Source: Acidimicrobiia bacterium (GTDB taxonomy: Bacteria; Actinomycetota; Acidimicrobiia; Acidimicrobiales; SHLQ01). Taken from it: a stretch of 40,202 nt of DNA. A model generated the notes under the pieces. That model was not told the DNA's origin. It saw only the letters and a list, made by a program, of their open reading frames with translations, and did no database searches. Positions 1 to 10,934 of the stretch are shown in pieces; position 1 is the first letter of the stretch; each line of letters starts with the position of its first letter. A program made the translations under genes and the position numbers. Location: assembly GCA_029858875.1 (NCBI GenBank), contig JAOUEE010000002.1, positions 1 through 40,202 of the forward strand, read 5' to 3'.

Positions 1-658
1 CCCGATTCTCGATGGCGCCGCCGTATTCGTCGTCGCGTTGGTTCCAGGCCCGCGACAGGAACCCCGACAACAGATAGCCGTGGGCGGCGTGGATCTCGAC
101 GCCGTCGAAGCCGGCATCGCGGGCTCGCCGGGTGGCCTCGGCGAACTCGTCGACGGTGCGGGCGAGATCGTCCGCGCTGGCCACCTGGTACTGCGGGGCG
201 GTATTGCCCACCGCGGCCCCCATCAACCCCAGCTCCTCCGCCGAGAGGTCGTTGATCATGTCCATCGACCCGGGCCAGGACGGGACCGACGGCACCAGCA
301 CCGGACGGCCCTCCTTGGTGTCGAGTCGGGAGATCTTGCCGTGGTGCACCAGCTGCGCGGCGATGGCGGCGCCATGGGTGTGCACCCGATCGGTGAGGGC
401 GGCGAGATCGGCGATGAACGCGTCGCTGCTGAGGCCGAGCTGATGGGCCGAGTTCGCCCCACGGGGATACGCCATGGCGCACACCTCGGTGATGATGAGG
501 CCCACGCCCCCACGGGCCCGCTCCTCGTAGTAGGCGATGAGCGGTTCGCGAGCGTGACCGTCGGCGTCGACGATCTCGACCCCCATCGGTGCCATGACGA
601 TGCGGTTTCGCACCTCCAGCGTGCCGATGCGGCCGGGCGCCAGCAGATGCTCGTACAT
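1..658 (-). CDS. NADH:flavin oxidoreductase, Old Yellow Enzyme / 2,4-dienoyl-CoA reductase-like. N-terminal part only; the C-terminus lies beyond the window start.
   Basis: Not in the ORF track because it runs off the edge. My own minus-strand translation from ATG at 656-658 reads MYEHLLAPGRIGTLEVRNRIVMAPMGVE...GGVGLIITEVCAM...AAQLVHHG...AGFDGVEIHAAHGYLLSGFLS..NQRDDEYGG. This is the OYE TIM-barrel signature. Confidence 0.85.
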   Translation of the reverse strand, partial: MYEHLLAPGRIGTLEVRNRIVMAPMGVEIVDADGHAREPLIAYYEERARGGVGLIITEVCAMAYPRGANSAHQLGLSSDAFIADLAALTDRVHTHGAAIAAQLVHHGKISRLDTKEGRPVLVPSVPSWPGSMDMINDLSAEELGLMGAAVGNTAPQYQVASADDLARTVDEFAEATRRARDAGFDGVEIHAAHGYLLSGFLSRAWNQRDDEYGGAIENR

Positions 659-708
659 GGAACCCTCTCTACTCTGCCTCGACGTCACGGTGCCAGGTGC
701 CGCTCGTG

Positions 709-1911
709 TCAGCTGATGGCCGCGACCGTGGCCGGCAACTCGTCGGCCACACGGATGATGGGAATGCCGGTCTGGGTGTTCTGGTGCATCTCCTGGTGCG
801 CGCGCGGGAGGTCCTCCCACGCGTAGACCTCGTCGTGGACCGTCGGGCGGAAGACCTGCCCGTACAACGCGGTCGCCGCCTCAGCGCCCTGCACCGTCTC
901 GTAGTGGGCGTGATCGATGGTGATCTGCTTCACCGACATGAGCGTGGAGTTGTACTCGACCACCTGGCTGAGCTGCCAACCGGCCGACACGTTCACCCCC
1001 TGGCGGGCCGCCACCGCCAGGCCGGCGCCGAACACGGGCCCTCGCAACATGTCGCACACCGCGTGCATCAGCACGCCGTCGGTTCGGGCCTTGCATTCCT
1101 CGCTGAACGCCTTCACATCGGCCCGTTCGTGGAATCGGTTGAACACCGTCTGATCGATGGTCTCGATGCCCCCCGCCTCCAACTCGGCGCGGCGAGTCGC
1201 GCTCCCGGCGCAGTAGAACGCCCGATGACCCTCCGAACGCGCCAGCTGGAGGAAGAGCTCGGACACGCCGCCGCCGAACCCCAGCACGTTGAGACGGGCC
1301 TGGCGCTCGTACGGAACCTTCAGTCGGTAGATGCCGAGTGCCCTCCGCCACAGGTGATAGGCCGTGGGAGCCCGCAGCGGCAGGGCGGCGATCTCCCACA
1401 ACGTGAGGCCACAGTCGAGGGGGGCGGCGATCAACTGCCACTCGCCCACCACCGCCTCCTTGGCGTACCAGCCCACCGAATCGGGGGCGTCGTAGGCCCA
1501 GATGCGCTGCGGGTACCCGAACGCATCGGGGCCACCGTTGCAGTGGGTGATCACGATGTCGCCCACCGAGAACCGGGTGACCTCGTCGCCGACGGCCAGC
1601 ACCTCGCCCGTGGCGCTGTTCCCGGGAAACATCCTGCCCCCGCGCGCCTCTGCGATGTTGATGGTGTCGGCCGTCGCCGCGTGATCGATGTTGTGCTCGG
1701 CCGAGACGGCCAGGATCCGGAGGCGTACGTCGAGCGGGCCGAGCGGCCCCAGTTCGAGCTCGTCGAGGGTCAAGACACGGGACACGTCGAACTCGGACGG
1801 ATCGGCGGCCACGCGGGCGGCCTCGGTCGCGATGGCTCCGGTGGTGATGCTGTAGGCGGCGATGGTCACGGCAGCTCCGAGTCGTGGTCCCGGACGGGCG
1901 GACGCGCCCAT
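709..1911 (-). CDS. MDR-superfamily oxidoreductase, crotonyl-CoA carboxylase/reductase (Ccr)-like
   Basis: ORF 709..2031. It aligns by eye to Ccr at GDIVITHC, PQRIWAY, APTAYHLW, the GFGGGVS nucleotide loop and the C-terminal HQEMHQN..G motif. I prefer the start at M41 (ATG 1909-1911), because the 2031 start would overlap the divergent SDR gene. The exact start is uncertain. Confidence 0.8.
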   Translation of the reverse strand: MGASARPGPRLGAAVTIAAYSITTGAIATEAARVAADPSEFDVSRVLTLDELELGPLGPLDVRLRILAVSAEHNIDHAATADTINIAEARGGRMFPGNSATGEVLAVGDEVTRFSVGDIVITHCNGGPDAFGYPQRIWAYDAPDSVGWYAKEAVVGEWQLIAAPLDCGLTLWEIAALPLRAPTAYHLWRRALGIYRLKVPYERQARLNVLGFGGGVSELFLQLARSEGHRAFYCAGSATRRAELEAGGIETIDQTVFNRFHERADVKAFSEECKARTDGVLMHAVCDMLRGPVFGAGLAVAARQGVNVSAGWQLSQVVEYNSTLMSVKQITIDHAHYETVQGAEAATALYGQVFRPTVHDEVYAWEDLPRAHQEMHQNTQTGIPIIRVADELPATVAAIS

Positions 1912-1990
1912 CGGCGCCAGCAGTTGTAGCGCCCCGCAGCCACCGCTGCACCCCTCTCGACCGATCGGATACGCCTGATACCGTGCCGCA

Positions 1991-2758
1991 ATGACGGAGA
2001 CCACCTTCATCACCGGGGCCAGCTCGGGCATCGGCCGTCATCTCGCCACCGAGCTGGCGGCCAGGGGCCACGACGTGGTCGTCACCGCCCGACGCGTCGA
2101 CCGACTCGACGCGCTGGCAGCCGACATCGGCCGCCGCCACCCCGCTCGGCAGGTGTGGGTTCGCCAGCTCGACGTCAACGACGCCGAAGCGGTGCTCGAC
2201 GCCGTGCGCTGGGCCGACCAGGCCACCGGCGGTCTCACCCGAGTGGTGGCCAACGCGGGTCTCGGATCACAGGCCGAGGGCCGGTTGGGCCAGCCCGAAC
2301 ACGGCGTCCGCTCAGCAGCTCTGGTGGCGACCAACGTCACCGGCTTGATCGCCACGATCGATGCCGGGATCGACGTGCTCGCCCCGCGGGGCCGGGGCCA
2401 CCTGGTGGCCATCTCGTCGGTGGCCGCGACTCGTGGCCTTCCGTGGAGCGCCACCTATTCGGCCACCAAGGCCGCGGTCGACACCTACATGGAGGCCGTC
2501 ACCGCCTGGCTGGTGGACACCGACATCGACACCACGGTCATCAAGCCGGGATACATCCAGACCGAGATCTTCGACGACGGGGCCGAGCTGCCCGATGTGA
2601 CCCCGGTCGAGGACGCCATCGGACCGCTCACCGACGCGATCATCGAACGCCGCGCCGAGGCCGTCGTCCCCGCGAATCCCTACCTTCGCACCATCGAGCT
2701 GCTTCGCGGTCTTCCCGTGCACGATCTCAAGAAGCTGACGCCGCCCAGCCGGGCGTGA
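1991..2758 (+). CDS. short-chain dehydrogenase/reductase (SDR) family oxidoreductase
   Basis: N-terminal TGASSGIGRH Rossmann motif, NAG motif and catalytic YSATKAA (YxxxK). Its 255 aa length is typical of classical SDRs. Confidence 0.92.
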   Translation: MTETTFITGASSGIGRHLATELAARGHDVVVTARRVDRLDALAADIGRRHPARQVWVRQLDVNDAEAVLDAVRWADQATGGLTRVVANAGLGSQAEGRLGQPEHGVRSAALVATNVTGLIATIDAGIDVLAPRGRGHLVAISSVAATRGLPWSATYSATKAAVDTYMEAVTAWLVDTDIDTTVIKPGYIQTEIFDDGAELPDVTPVEDAIGPLTDAIIERRAEAVVPANPYLRTIELLRGLPVHDLKKLTPPSRA

Positions 2759-2765
2759 CCGCCGA

Positions 2766-3419
2766 TCAGCCGGCCGCCGGCTCGCCTCGCCATTCGCCGG
2801 ATTCCCGGCCCAGCTCGGCCAGGCGCCGCCGCACCTGGAGCGGCGGCAGCGGTGTCTCGCCGCGCTCGAGGGAGGCGACGTGCTCGCCGTCTTCGGCCCA
2901 GACATGACAGGTGTTGAGGTTGCCGGCGAACCGGCGGGCCCGGCCCGGATCGCCCGCACCAGGCGCCCGCCCGGCCTGTCGGGCGGCGCGGACGCCAACC
3001 GACCACATGGACTGCACGACGGCAGGAGCCATGGCCTGAAGCAGCGCCGTGGCGTGGGTACACCCGCGCGGGCCGCCGAACAGCTCCCGCACCTTGTGGG
3101 TGAAACCGCGGCTGATGGACAGCCCGACGAGCGAGCCGTAGTGGCCGGCGATGGACGGACACTCCTCGGCCGGGTGGCTCTCGAACCCCACCCGGGCCGA
3201 CGTGATGGTGAGCTCGGGCAGGGCCACGGTGAGCTCCACCTGCATCTGATGGATCTCCAGCGGCTCGGGGTCGTCGGTCACGTAGAGCCCGGCCGGTTTG
3301 AGGTCCGACACCGCGCCCCTGACCAGCACCTCGGTGTCATCGATCAGGTACACCCGCGTTTCGTAGGTGCGGGTGTGGATCAGATCCAGATCATCGTCGG
3401 GCGGGAGCAGACCGGTCAT
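2766..3419 (-). CDS. DUF2889-like protein (family assignment tentative)
   Basis: 217-aa ORF with non-artefactual composition and a GPRGCTHA motif that I associate with DUF2889. It sits tightly between neighbouring genes. Confidence 0.7.
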   Translation of the reverse strand: MTGLLPPDDDLDLIHTRTYETRVYLIDDTEVLVRGAVSDLKPAGLYVTDDPEPLEIHQMQVELTVALPELTITSARVGFESHPAEECPSIAGHYGSLVGLSISRGFTHKVRELFGGPRGCTHATALLQAMAPAVVQSMWSVGVRAARQAGRAPGAGDPGRARRFAGNLNTCHVWAEDGEHVASLERGETPLPPLQVRRRLAELGRESGEWRGEPAAG

Positions 3420-3430
3420 GGTGGGCGCGC

Positions 3431-3811
3431 TCAGCTGATCTCCATGGCGGCCGCGTCCCAGTAGGCCGCCATGGCCAGGATCGAACCGTCTTCGTCGAAC
3501 TCCATGGTGTCGATGATGTCGAGTCGGCCCGTCTGGCCGCCGAGGTCCATCGACACCTGCATGGGGAACGCCGCATGGCGACCGGCCACCCGGATTGGTC
3601 CGGTGATGGCCAGTGTGGCGTCCATCCCACTGGTGAACGTGCTCGTGAAGAAGGCGGCGATGGCGTCACGGCCGCGATGGGCCGCCTCATCGACCGGATC
3701 GGCCACCGTGGCATCCGGGTGGAACAACTCGGCCAGGGCCGATCCATCCCCACCGTTCCAACGGGAGACGTACTCCTCCACCGTTGCTCTGATCTCGTCT
3801 GCGTCGGCCAT
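3431..3811 (-). CDS. SnoaL-like / NTF2-superfamily protein
   Basis: Within ORF 3431..4096, only the part from M96 (ATG 3809-3811) looks protein-like: MADADEIRATVEEYVSRWNGGDGSALAELFHPDATVADP... This is a typical SnoaL/ketosteroid-isomerase-like N-terminus. The upstream 95 aa are Arg/Pro/Gly-rich junk. Confidence 0.8.
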   Translation of the reverse strand: MADADEIRATVEEYVSRWNGGDGSALAELFHPDATVADPVDEAAHRGRDAIAAFFTSTFTSGMDATLAITGPIRVAGRHAAFPMQVSMDLGGQTGRLDIIDTMEFDEDGSILAMAAYWDAAAMEIS

Positions 3812-3920
3812 GGCCGCAGTCTCGGGGAGAAAGGACCAATCAGTCCAGACGAAGGGTCGAACGCCCCAGGCATCGACCAGATGCCGACCCCTACCGTGGG
3901 GCAAAGGACCGAGGAGGCCC

Positions 3921-4124
3921 ATGCAACGCTGGAGTGAGCACGTGCGCAACGTCACCGGTGAGTACCCCCAGGTGACCCGACCCCAGAAGATCGACCTCAC
4001 CGTGATCGACCTCAGTGAGACGGGCGAGCCCGATCCCTTCGGGCCCGGTGAGTCGCTCGATGTCACCATTCCCCTGCACCTGCTCACCGGCGGCAATCGT
4101 CACCGCGAGTTCGACTGGCGCTGA
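3921..4124 (+). CDS. hypothetical small protein (67 aa) upstream of the COG0523 GTPase
   Basis: ATG at 3921 is preceded by GAGGAGG (3911-3917). Third-codon positions are about 85% G/C by my count, and the composition is acidic and non-repetitive. It has no recognisable family. Confidence 0.5.
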   Translation: MQRWSEHVRNVTGEYPQVTRPQKIDLTVIDLSETGEPDPFGPGESLDVTIPLHLLTGGNRHREFDWR

Positions 4125-4189
4125 CCCCGACGGAAGGCGAGACGACCCGCTGGTCGGCGGGACGGACGCCCACCGGGTAGAAAACATCG

Positions 4190-5095
4190 ATGGTCGACGC
4201 CGTGGCCCTCACTGTGATCGGGGGGTATCTGGGCGCGGGCAAGACCAGTGTGGTCAACCATCTCCTCGCCACGGCGCACGGTCGGCGTCTGGCTGTCATC
4301 GTCAACGACTTCGGTGACCTGGCCATCGACGCCGCGCTCTTGTCCGACGCGGCCGGCGCCGACGACATCGTCAGTCTGCCCAACGGGTGTGTCTGCTGCA
4401 CCCTCGGTACCGGGCTCCTCGATGCCCTCACCCGGCTGAGCCGGGCCCGGCCGCCGGTGGATCAGGTGATGGTGGAGGCCAGCGGGGTGGCCGACCCGGC
4501 CGCGGTGGCCGCATGGGGGCACACGCCCCCCTTCGTCCCGGGCGGCATCGTCGTGGTCGTCGCGGCCGACTCGATCGAGCGCCAGGCCGGTGACCGACTG
4601 ATCGGGCGGGAGATCCACCGCCAGCTGACCGCGGCCGAGCTGCTGCTGCTGACCAAGACCGATCATCTGACCGAGGACCGCACCGCCGAGGTCACCGGGT
4701 GGCTGGCCCGCACCCGGCCCGACGTGCCCATCGTGACCGTGGCCCATGGTGCGGTGCCGCCCGAGCTGGTGCTCGGGCGGCGTGGTGACGCCACCGACCA
4801 TCCGTCGGCCCCGCCTCCCCATCCGCGGTCCGCCGACTACCGCAGCACGTCGTGGATCTCGAGCGAACCGGTGGATGCCGATCGGGTGAGGTCCTTCCTC
4901 GAAGGGCTCGATCCGGCCGTCATCCGCCTGAAGGGCTGGGTCAGCCACGCCGACGGCTCGGTCGACGAGATCCATGTGGTCGGTCCCACGCGCCAGATCC
5001 GACCGACCACGCGGCCGCTCACCGGCTCGCAGCTGGTGGCCATCGGCCTGGACGACGCCATCGCCGACGACCTGTGGCGGCCGCTGGAGCCCTGA
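4190..5095 (+). CDS. COG0523-family (CobW/YjiA/ZigA-like) metallochaperone GTPase
   Basis: P-loop GGYLGAGKTS, metal-binding GCVCC (CxCC) motif, LLTKTD (NKxD-like) and a CobW C-terminal domain. Confidence 0.92.
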   Translation: MVDAVALTVIGGYLGAGKTSVVNHLLATAHGRRLAVIVNDFGDLAIDAALLSDAAGADDIVSLPNGCVCCTLGTGLLDALTRLSRARPPVDQVMVEASGVADPAAVAAWGHTPPFVPGGIVVVVAADSIERQAGDRLIGREIHRQLTAAELLLLTKTDHLTEDRTAEVTGWLARTRPDVPIVTVAHGAVPPELVLGRRGDATDHPSAPPPHPRSADYRSTSWISSEPVDADRVRSFLEGLDPAVIRLKGWVSHADGSVDEIHVVGPTRQIRPTTRPLTGSQLVAIGLDDAIADDLWRPLEP

Positions 5096-6754
5096 TCAGG
5101 TGGCGTCGGGGCCGGGGTGGCACACCCCACCCACCACCGTGCCCCAGACCGGGATGTCACGGATGTCCATCGGGTCGACGTCGAGCGGGCTGTCCCCCAG
5201 CACGGCGAAGTCCGCGAGCTTGCCGCACTCGATGGTGCCCATCTCGTGGTCGAGGTGCTGCTGATAGGCCGCATCCAGCGTGACCGCCTTCAGCGCGTCA
5301 TAGGCGCTGATGCGTTCGTGCTCGCCCAGGACCCGTCCGCTGGGTGTCACCCGATTGACCGCGCACCACATCGAATGCCGATGACCCAACGGGGTGACAT
5401 TGGCATCGGTGTGCAGCGCGAAGCGCACCCCCTCGCGCTTGGCGGTGGCGCAGGCCTCCATCTTGCGGGCCCGCTCGGGACCCACGGTGAGGTCATGATG
5501 CTGATCGCCCCAGTACCACAGGTGGTTGGCGAAGATGTTGGCGCACATGCCCAGCTTCGCCATGCGCCGGTACTGCGCAGCGTTGGTGAGCTGGCAGTGC
5601 TGCACCGTGTGGCGATGGTCCAGCCAGGGAAACTCCAGCAGCAGGTCTTCGACCGCATCGATGAACAGGTCGATGGTGAGGTCACCGTTGCAGTGTGTGT
5701 GGACGTTGATGCGTCGCTGGTGGAAGGGGCGCATGGCCTCCACCAGCTGCTCGGGGGGGAGCAGCAGTTGACCGTGATCGGTACCGGTGAAGTACCCGGG
5801 CCAGCCCATGGCCGCCGTCCAGCCCTGGATGGATCCGTCGAGCACGAACTTGACGCCACGCGTCGCCAGGTGCGGCGTGTTCCCGGTCATCAGGAGCGCC
5901 ACCTGCTCGGCTGCCGCTTCCCAGTCGCCGCTGCCTCCCAAGGGTGCGGGCAGGTGATACTGGTGGATGCGCGTCGGGAATTCGGCGTCCACCACCGACC
6001 GCCACAGATCCTGGGAGCCAGCGTTCATCGCCCCGCTCGCACCCAGGTCGGTGACGACGGTGACCCCCTCGTTGCGGGCCATTCGGCCAAGGGCCCGGAT
6101 GGCCTCGGGATCGCCCATGGTTTCCAACAGAACCGCGACCCCGCTGGCGGCCAGGGCGATGGCGGGCATCTCGTGGAGCTCACCGGACGGCTCACCGTCG
6201 GCGCCCAGATGCACGCCGGGCGTCGGGGTGGCTGCGGTGATGTCACTCTGCACCAGCATGGCCGAGTTGACGGTGGCCAAGTGGGCGCTGGCGTGGAGCA
6301 CGAACACCGGCCGGGTGGTCGACACCTGATCGAGGTGACGCCGCGACAGGCGCTCCTCACCGGTGAAGTAGATGGGGTCGAAGCCGCCGACCACGAGGGC
6401 CTGGTCGGGGTCGGACAGTGCGTCGGCCTCGGCGCGCAGCAAGACGACGAGGTCGTCGTAGGTGCGGATCCCGACCACCGTGGTGCCGTCGGGTCGGCGG
6501 CGATCGAACCAGCCCGCGTACGGCAGCAGCGAGAAGACCCCCTCCAGGACGTGGGCGTGCGCCTCGATCATCCCCGGGACCAACACACGGTCGGCGAAGC
6601 TGCCATCCACGGTGTGATCACCCCATCGGGCACACTCGTCCATCGTGCCGACGGCCAGTACCCGACCGTCGCGCACGGCCACGGCTTCGGCCACGGGCTG
6701 GGACGGATCCATCGTGACGATGGAGCGGGCGGGATACACGACGGTTTCGGCCAT
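5096..6754 (-). CDS. metal-dependent amidohydrolase (Amidohydro_3 / YtcJ-like)
   Basis: 552 aa. Contains the N-terminal beta-sandwich motif AVAVRDGRVLAVG, metal-ligand GMIEAHAHV, internal NVHTHCNGD, and HTDA and C-terminal motifs typical of the family. Confidence 0.9.
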   Translation of the reverse strand: MAETVVYPARSIVTMDPSQPVAEAVAVRDGRVLAVGTMDECARWGDHTVDGSFADRVLVPGMIEAHAHVLEGVFSLLPYAGWFDRRRPDGTTVVGIRTYDDLVVLLRAEADALSDPDQALVVGGFDPIYFTGEERLSRRHLDQVSTTRPVFVLHASAHLATVNSAMLVQSDITAATPTPGVHLGADGEPSGELHEMPAIALAASGVAVLLETMGDPEAIRALGRMARNEGVTVVTDLGASGAMNAGSQDLWRSVVDAEFPTRIHQYHLPAPLGGSGDWEAAAEQVALLMTGNTPHLATRGVKFVLDGSIQGWTAAMGWPGYFTGTDHGQLLLPPEQLVEAMRPFHQRRINVHTHCNGDLTIDLFIDAVEDLLLEFPWLDHRHTVQHCQLTNAAQYRRMAKLGMCANIFANHLWYWGDQHHDLTVGPERARKMEACATAKREGVRFALHTDANVTPLGHRHSMWCAVNRVTPSGRVLGEHERISAYDALKAVTLDAAYQQHLDHEMGTIECGKLADFAVLGDSPLDVDPMDIRDIPVWGTVVGGVCHPGPDAT

Positions 6755-6833
6755 GGCACGTGTCTAGCCGGACGAACCGAGCACCGCGACCGGTCCATCT
6801 GCCACGGGCCGCGCCGCTCCCTACACTCGGCGG

Positions 6834-7727
6834 ATGGCCGTCGGACCGATTCCCGAGTGGTTTCGCAGAGCTCTCGACAACGTGCCCGATGAGGGCGAGG
6901 TGGAGGTCGACGGCGTCACGATCCACTACCTCGCCTGGGGGCCGCCCGACCGGCCCGGCCTCATGCTGGTCCACGGTGGCGCCGCGCATGCCCACTGGTG
7001 GAGCCACGTTGCCCCCCAGTTCAGCGAGGACTATCGGGTGGTGGCTCTGGACCTGAGCGGACACGGCGACAGCGGGCGCCGGGACGCCTACCCGATGGCG
7101 ACCTGGAGCGCCGAGATCATGGCCGTGGTCGAGGCGGCCATGATCGCCGGGCCACCGATCGTGGTCGGGCACTCGATGGGTGGATTCGTCACCTTGGCCA
7201 CGGCGGCCTCCTACGACGACCGACTCGCCGGCGCCATCATCATCGACTCACCGGTGTTCCGCGAGGATCCCGAGGTCGAGGAGGCTCGCCTCGGGACCAG
7301 CTTCAAGCCGCCCCGCACGTACCCCGACGCCGAGCACATGGTGGGGCGCTTCCGTACCGTGCCCGAGCAGGAGCACTACCTGCCCTATGTCATGGAGCAC
7401 GTGGCCCGGAAGTCGATCGTGGCAACCGAAGGGGGCTTCACCTGGAAGTTCGACGCCCGGATCTTCCAGGCCCGCCGGCACGAAGTGGTGGAGTTCCTCT
7501 CCGGCATCACCTGTCGGGTGGCGTTGTTCCGGGCCGAGCACGGGCTGGCCACGGCCGAGGTCGGTGCCTACATGTACGAGCAGTTGGGCCGGGTGGCGCC
7601 GGTGGTGCTCATCCCCGAAGCGGGCCACCACGTGATGCTCGACCAGCCACTGCTGTTGGTCACGGCCATTCGCACGTTGCTGGCCGACTGGGAGCACTCC
7701 ACCCCCCACCAGCGCTACGACAGCTGA
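6834..7727 (+). CDS. alpha/beta-fold hydrolase
   Basis: HGGAAHAHWW oxyanion region, nucleophile elbow GHSMGG and a C-terminal GHHV histidine. 297 aa. Confidence 0.9.
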   Translation: MAVGPIPEWFRRALDNVPDEGEVEVDGVTIHYLAWGPPDRPGLMLVHGGAAHAHWWSHVAPQFSEDYRVVALDLSGHGDSGRRDAYPMATWSAEIMAVVEAAMIAGPPIVVGHSMGGFVTLATAASYDDRLAGAIIIDSPVFREDPEVEEARLGTSFKPPRTYPDAEHMVGRFRTVPEQEHYLPYVMEHVARKSIVATEGGFTWKFDARIFQARRHEVVEFLSGITCRVALFRAEHGLATAEVGAYMYEQLGRVAPVVLIPEAGHHVMLDQPLLLVTAIRTLLADWEHSTPHQRYDS

Positions 7728-7785
7728 CCCATTCGCCCGGCCAACGAACGGCCGACACCGCACCGCCCGCGGCGAGGCGGTCGAG

Positions 7786-7805
7786 CCGAGCCGACGAAGG
7801 CTCGG
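7786..7805. terminator. candidate hairpin between convergent genes (CCGAGCC-GACGAA-GGCTCGG)
   Basis: A 7-bp perfect stem with a 6-nt loop, in the 102-bp gap between the hydrolase stop (7727) and the meaB stop (7830). It has no U-tract. Confidence 0.25.
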
Positions 7806-7829
7806 TGTCACACCACGAGCTCGGAGGCG

Positions 7830-8813
7830 TCAGTCGGCGGCGAGAAGGTCGGATCGGAGGGTGTGGGCCGCGGCGGCGGGCGAGAGCTCGCCGGCCGCCA
7901 CCGAATCCAGCAGCTGCTGGCCGCTCGGCGCGGCCAGCAGCGCATCGACATCGGCTTCGAGCAACTGCTCGACCCGGACCCGGACCTCGTGGCGTGACCG
8001 GGACGCCCGGCGACCCTCCAACCGATCGTTGGCCACCAGCCAGGCCCGGTGAGCGACCACTTCGGCCCACACCTCCGTCGCCCCGGCCCCCTGGAGGGCG
8101 TCGCTCATCACGATCGGCGGGCGCCGCCCGGCGGCTGCGTCCAGGCCCGACAGGTGCGACAGGTCCAGCATCAGCTCGAGATCGCGTCGGGTATCGGAGG
8201 CACCGGGTCGATCGGCCTTGTTCACGACGAACACGTCGGCCACCTCCAACAGCCCGGCCTTGTTGGCCTGCACGGCATCACCGGTACCCGGGGTGACCAC
8301 CACGACAGTCGTATCGGCCGTCCCGGCCACGTCGACCTCCACCTGGCCCACGCCGACCGTCTCGACGATCACCGGGTCATAGCCCGCCGCCGCAAGCACC
8401 CGCAGCGCGGCCGGCACGGCCAGCGCCAACCCGCCGGAGTGCCCACGGGTGGCCATCGACCGGATGAACACGTCTCCGCCGGCCAGGTCATCCATGCGGA
8501 TCCGATCGCCCAGGATGGCGCCGCCCGTGAGCGGTGAGCTGGGATCGACGGCGAGCACCGCCGGGCGCCCGCCACAGGCCACGATGTGCGCCACCAGCTG
8601 GCCGGTGAGCGTCGACTTCCCCGCTCCCGGAGCGCCGGTGATACCGACGATGTGCGCGGTCCCGGTGCGGCCGTGGGTGAGCTCGGTCACCTCGTCGGCC
8701 TGCGGTCCACCAGCTTCGACGATGGAGAGCAGCCGTCCGACGGCCCGACGCTCGCCCGCCGCGGCCCGACCGAACACCTCGTCGACGGGCGAGCGCGAGG
8801 ACTCGGTGTTCAC
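7830..8813 (-). CDS. meaB: methylmalonyl-CoA-mutase-associated G-protein chaperone MeaB/ArgK family
   Basis: The C-terminal 327 aa of ORF 7830..9254 carry the P-loop GITGAPGAGKST, DPSSP, ETVGVGQ and NKAD motifs. The GTG start at 8811-8813 overlaps the upstream gene's stop as GTGA. The 147 aa upstream in this frame are Arg-rich and overlap the B12-domain gene. Confidence 0.9.
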   Translation of the reverse strand: MNTESSRSPVDEVFGRAAAGERRAVGRLLSIVEAGGPQADEVTELTHGRTGTAHIVGITGAPGAGKSTLTGQLVAHIVACGGRPAVLAVDPSSPLTGGAILGDRIRMDDLAGGDVFIRSMATRGHSGGLALAVPAALRVLAAAGYDPVIVETVGVGQVEVDVAGTADTTVVVVTPGTGDAVQANKAGLLEVADVFVVNKADRPGASDTRRDLELMLDLSHLSGLDAAAGRRPPIVMSDALQGAGATEVWAEVVAHRAWLVANDRLEGRRASRSRHEVRVRVEQLLEADVDALLAAPSGQQLLDSVAAGELSPAAAAHTLRSDLLAAD

Positions 8814-9220
8814 CCGGTGGACCGACGCTGGTCCACTGCGCGCCGCACGACGTCGACCACCTCTTCGGCCGGGGCCCCCGGGCCGAGGACGGCGGCCACG
8901 CCCGCGTCGCGCAGCGCGGCGACGTCCTCGTCGGGCACGATCCCGCCGACGATGACGGGGATCTCGAGCTCGGCCACCGCGAGAGCGGCGACCATGCGCG
9001 GGGCCAGCGTCAGGTGACCGGCGTTGTGCATGGACAAGCCGATCGCGTCGGCATCCTCCTGCTCGGCCGCGGCCACGATGCTCTCGGCCGTCTGGCGCAG
9101 TCCGAGGTAGATCACTTCCATCCCCGCGTCGCGTAGGAGACGGGCCACCACCTTCAACCCACGATCGTGGCCGTCGAGGCCCAGTTTGGCCAGGAGGATC
9201 CGGATGTTGGGCTCGGTCAT
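8810..9220 (-). CDS. B12-binding small subunit of a split acyl-CoA mutase (IcmB-like, 136 aa)
   Basis: RILLAKLGLDGHDRG contains the DxHxxG cobalamin-binding motif. GLSMHNAGHLTL and VIVGGIVP are also present. Length and organisation match the small subunit of split mutases. Confidence 0.9.
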   Translation of the reverse strand: MTEPNIRILLAKLGLDGHDRGLKVVARLLRDAGMEVIYLGLRQTAESIVAAAEQEDADAIGLSMHNAGHLTLAPRMVAALAVAELEIPVIVGGIVPDEDVAALRDAGVAAVLGPGAPAEEVVDVVRRAVDQRRSTG

Positions 9221-9272
9221 GAGCGGGAGACCACCCCAGGCGTCCAGCGGACACGGGCCCAGGCCTCGTCCA

Positions 9273-10934
<1,662 letters not shown>

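Noticed and set aside
8814-9254. N-terminal 147 aa of the 474-aa ORF 7830..9254, which would make a very long MeaB
   Set aside because: This segment is Arg/Gly-rich and fully overlaps the well-supported B12-binding subunit gene in another frame. A GTG at 8811-8813 overlapping that gene's stop gives a normal 327-aa MeaB.
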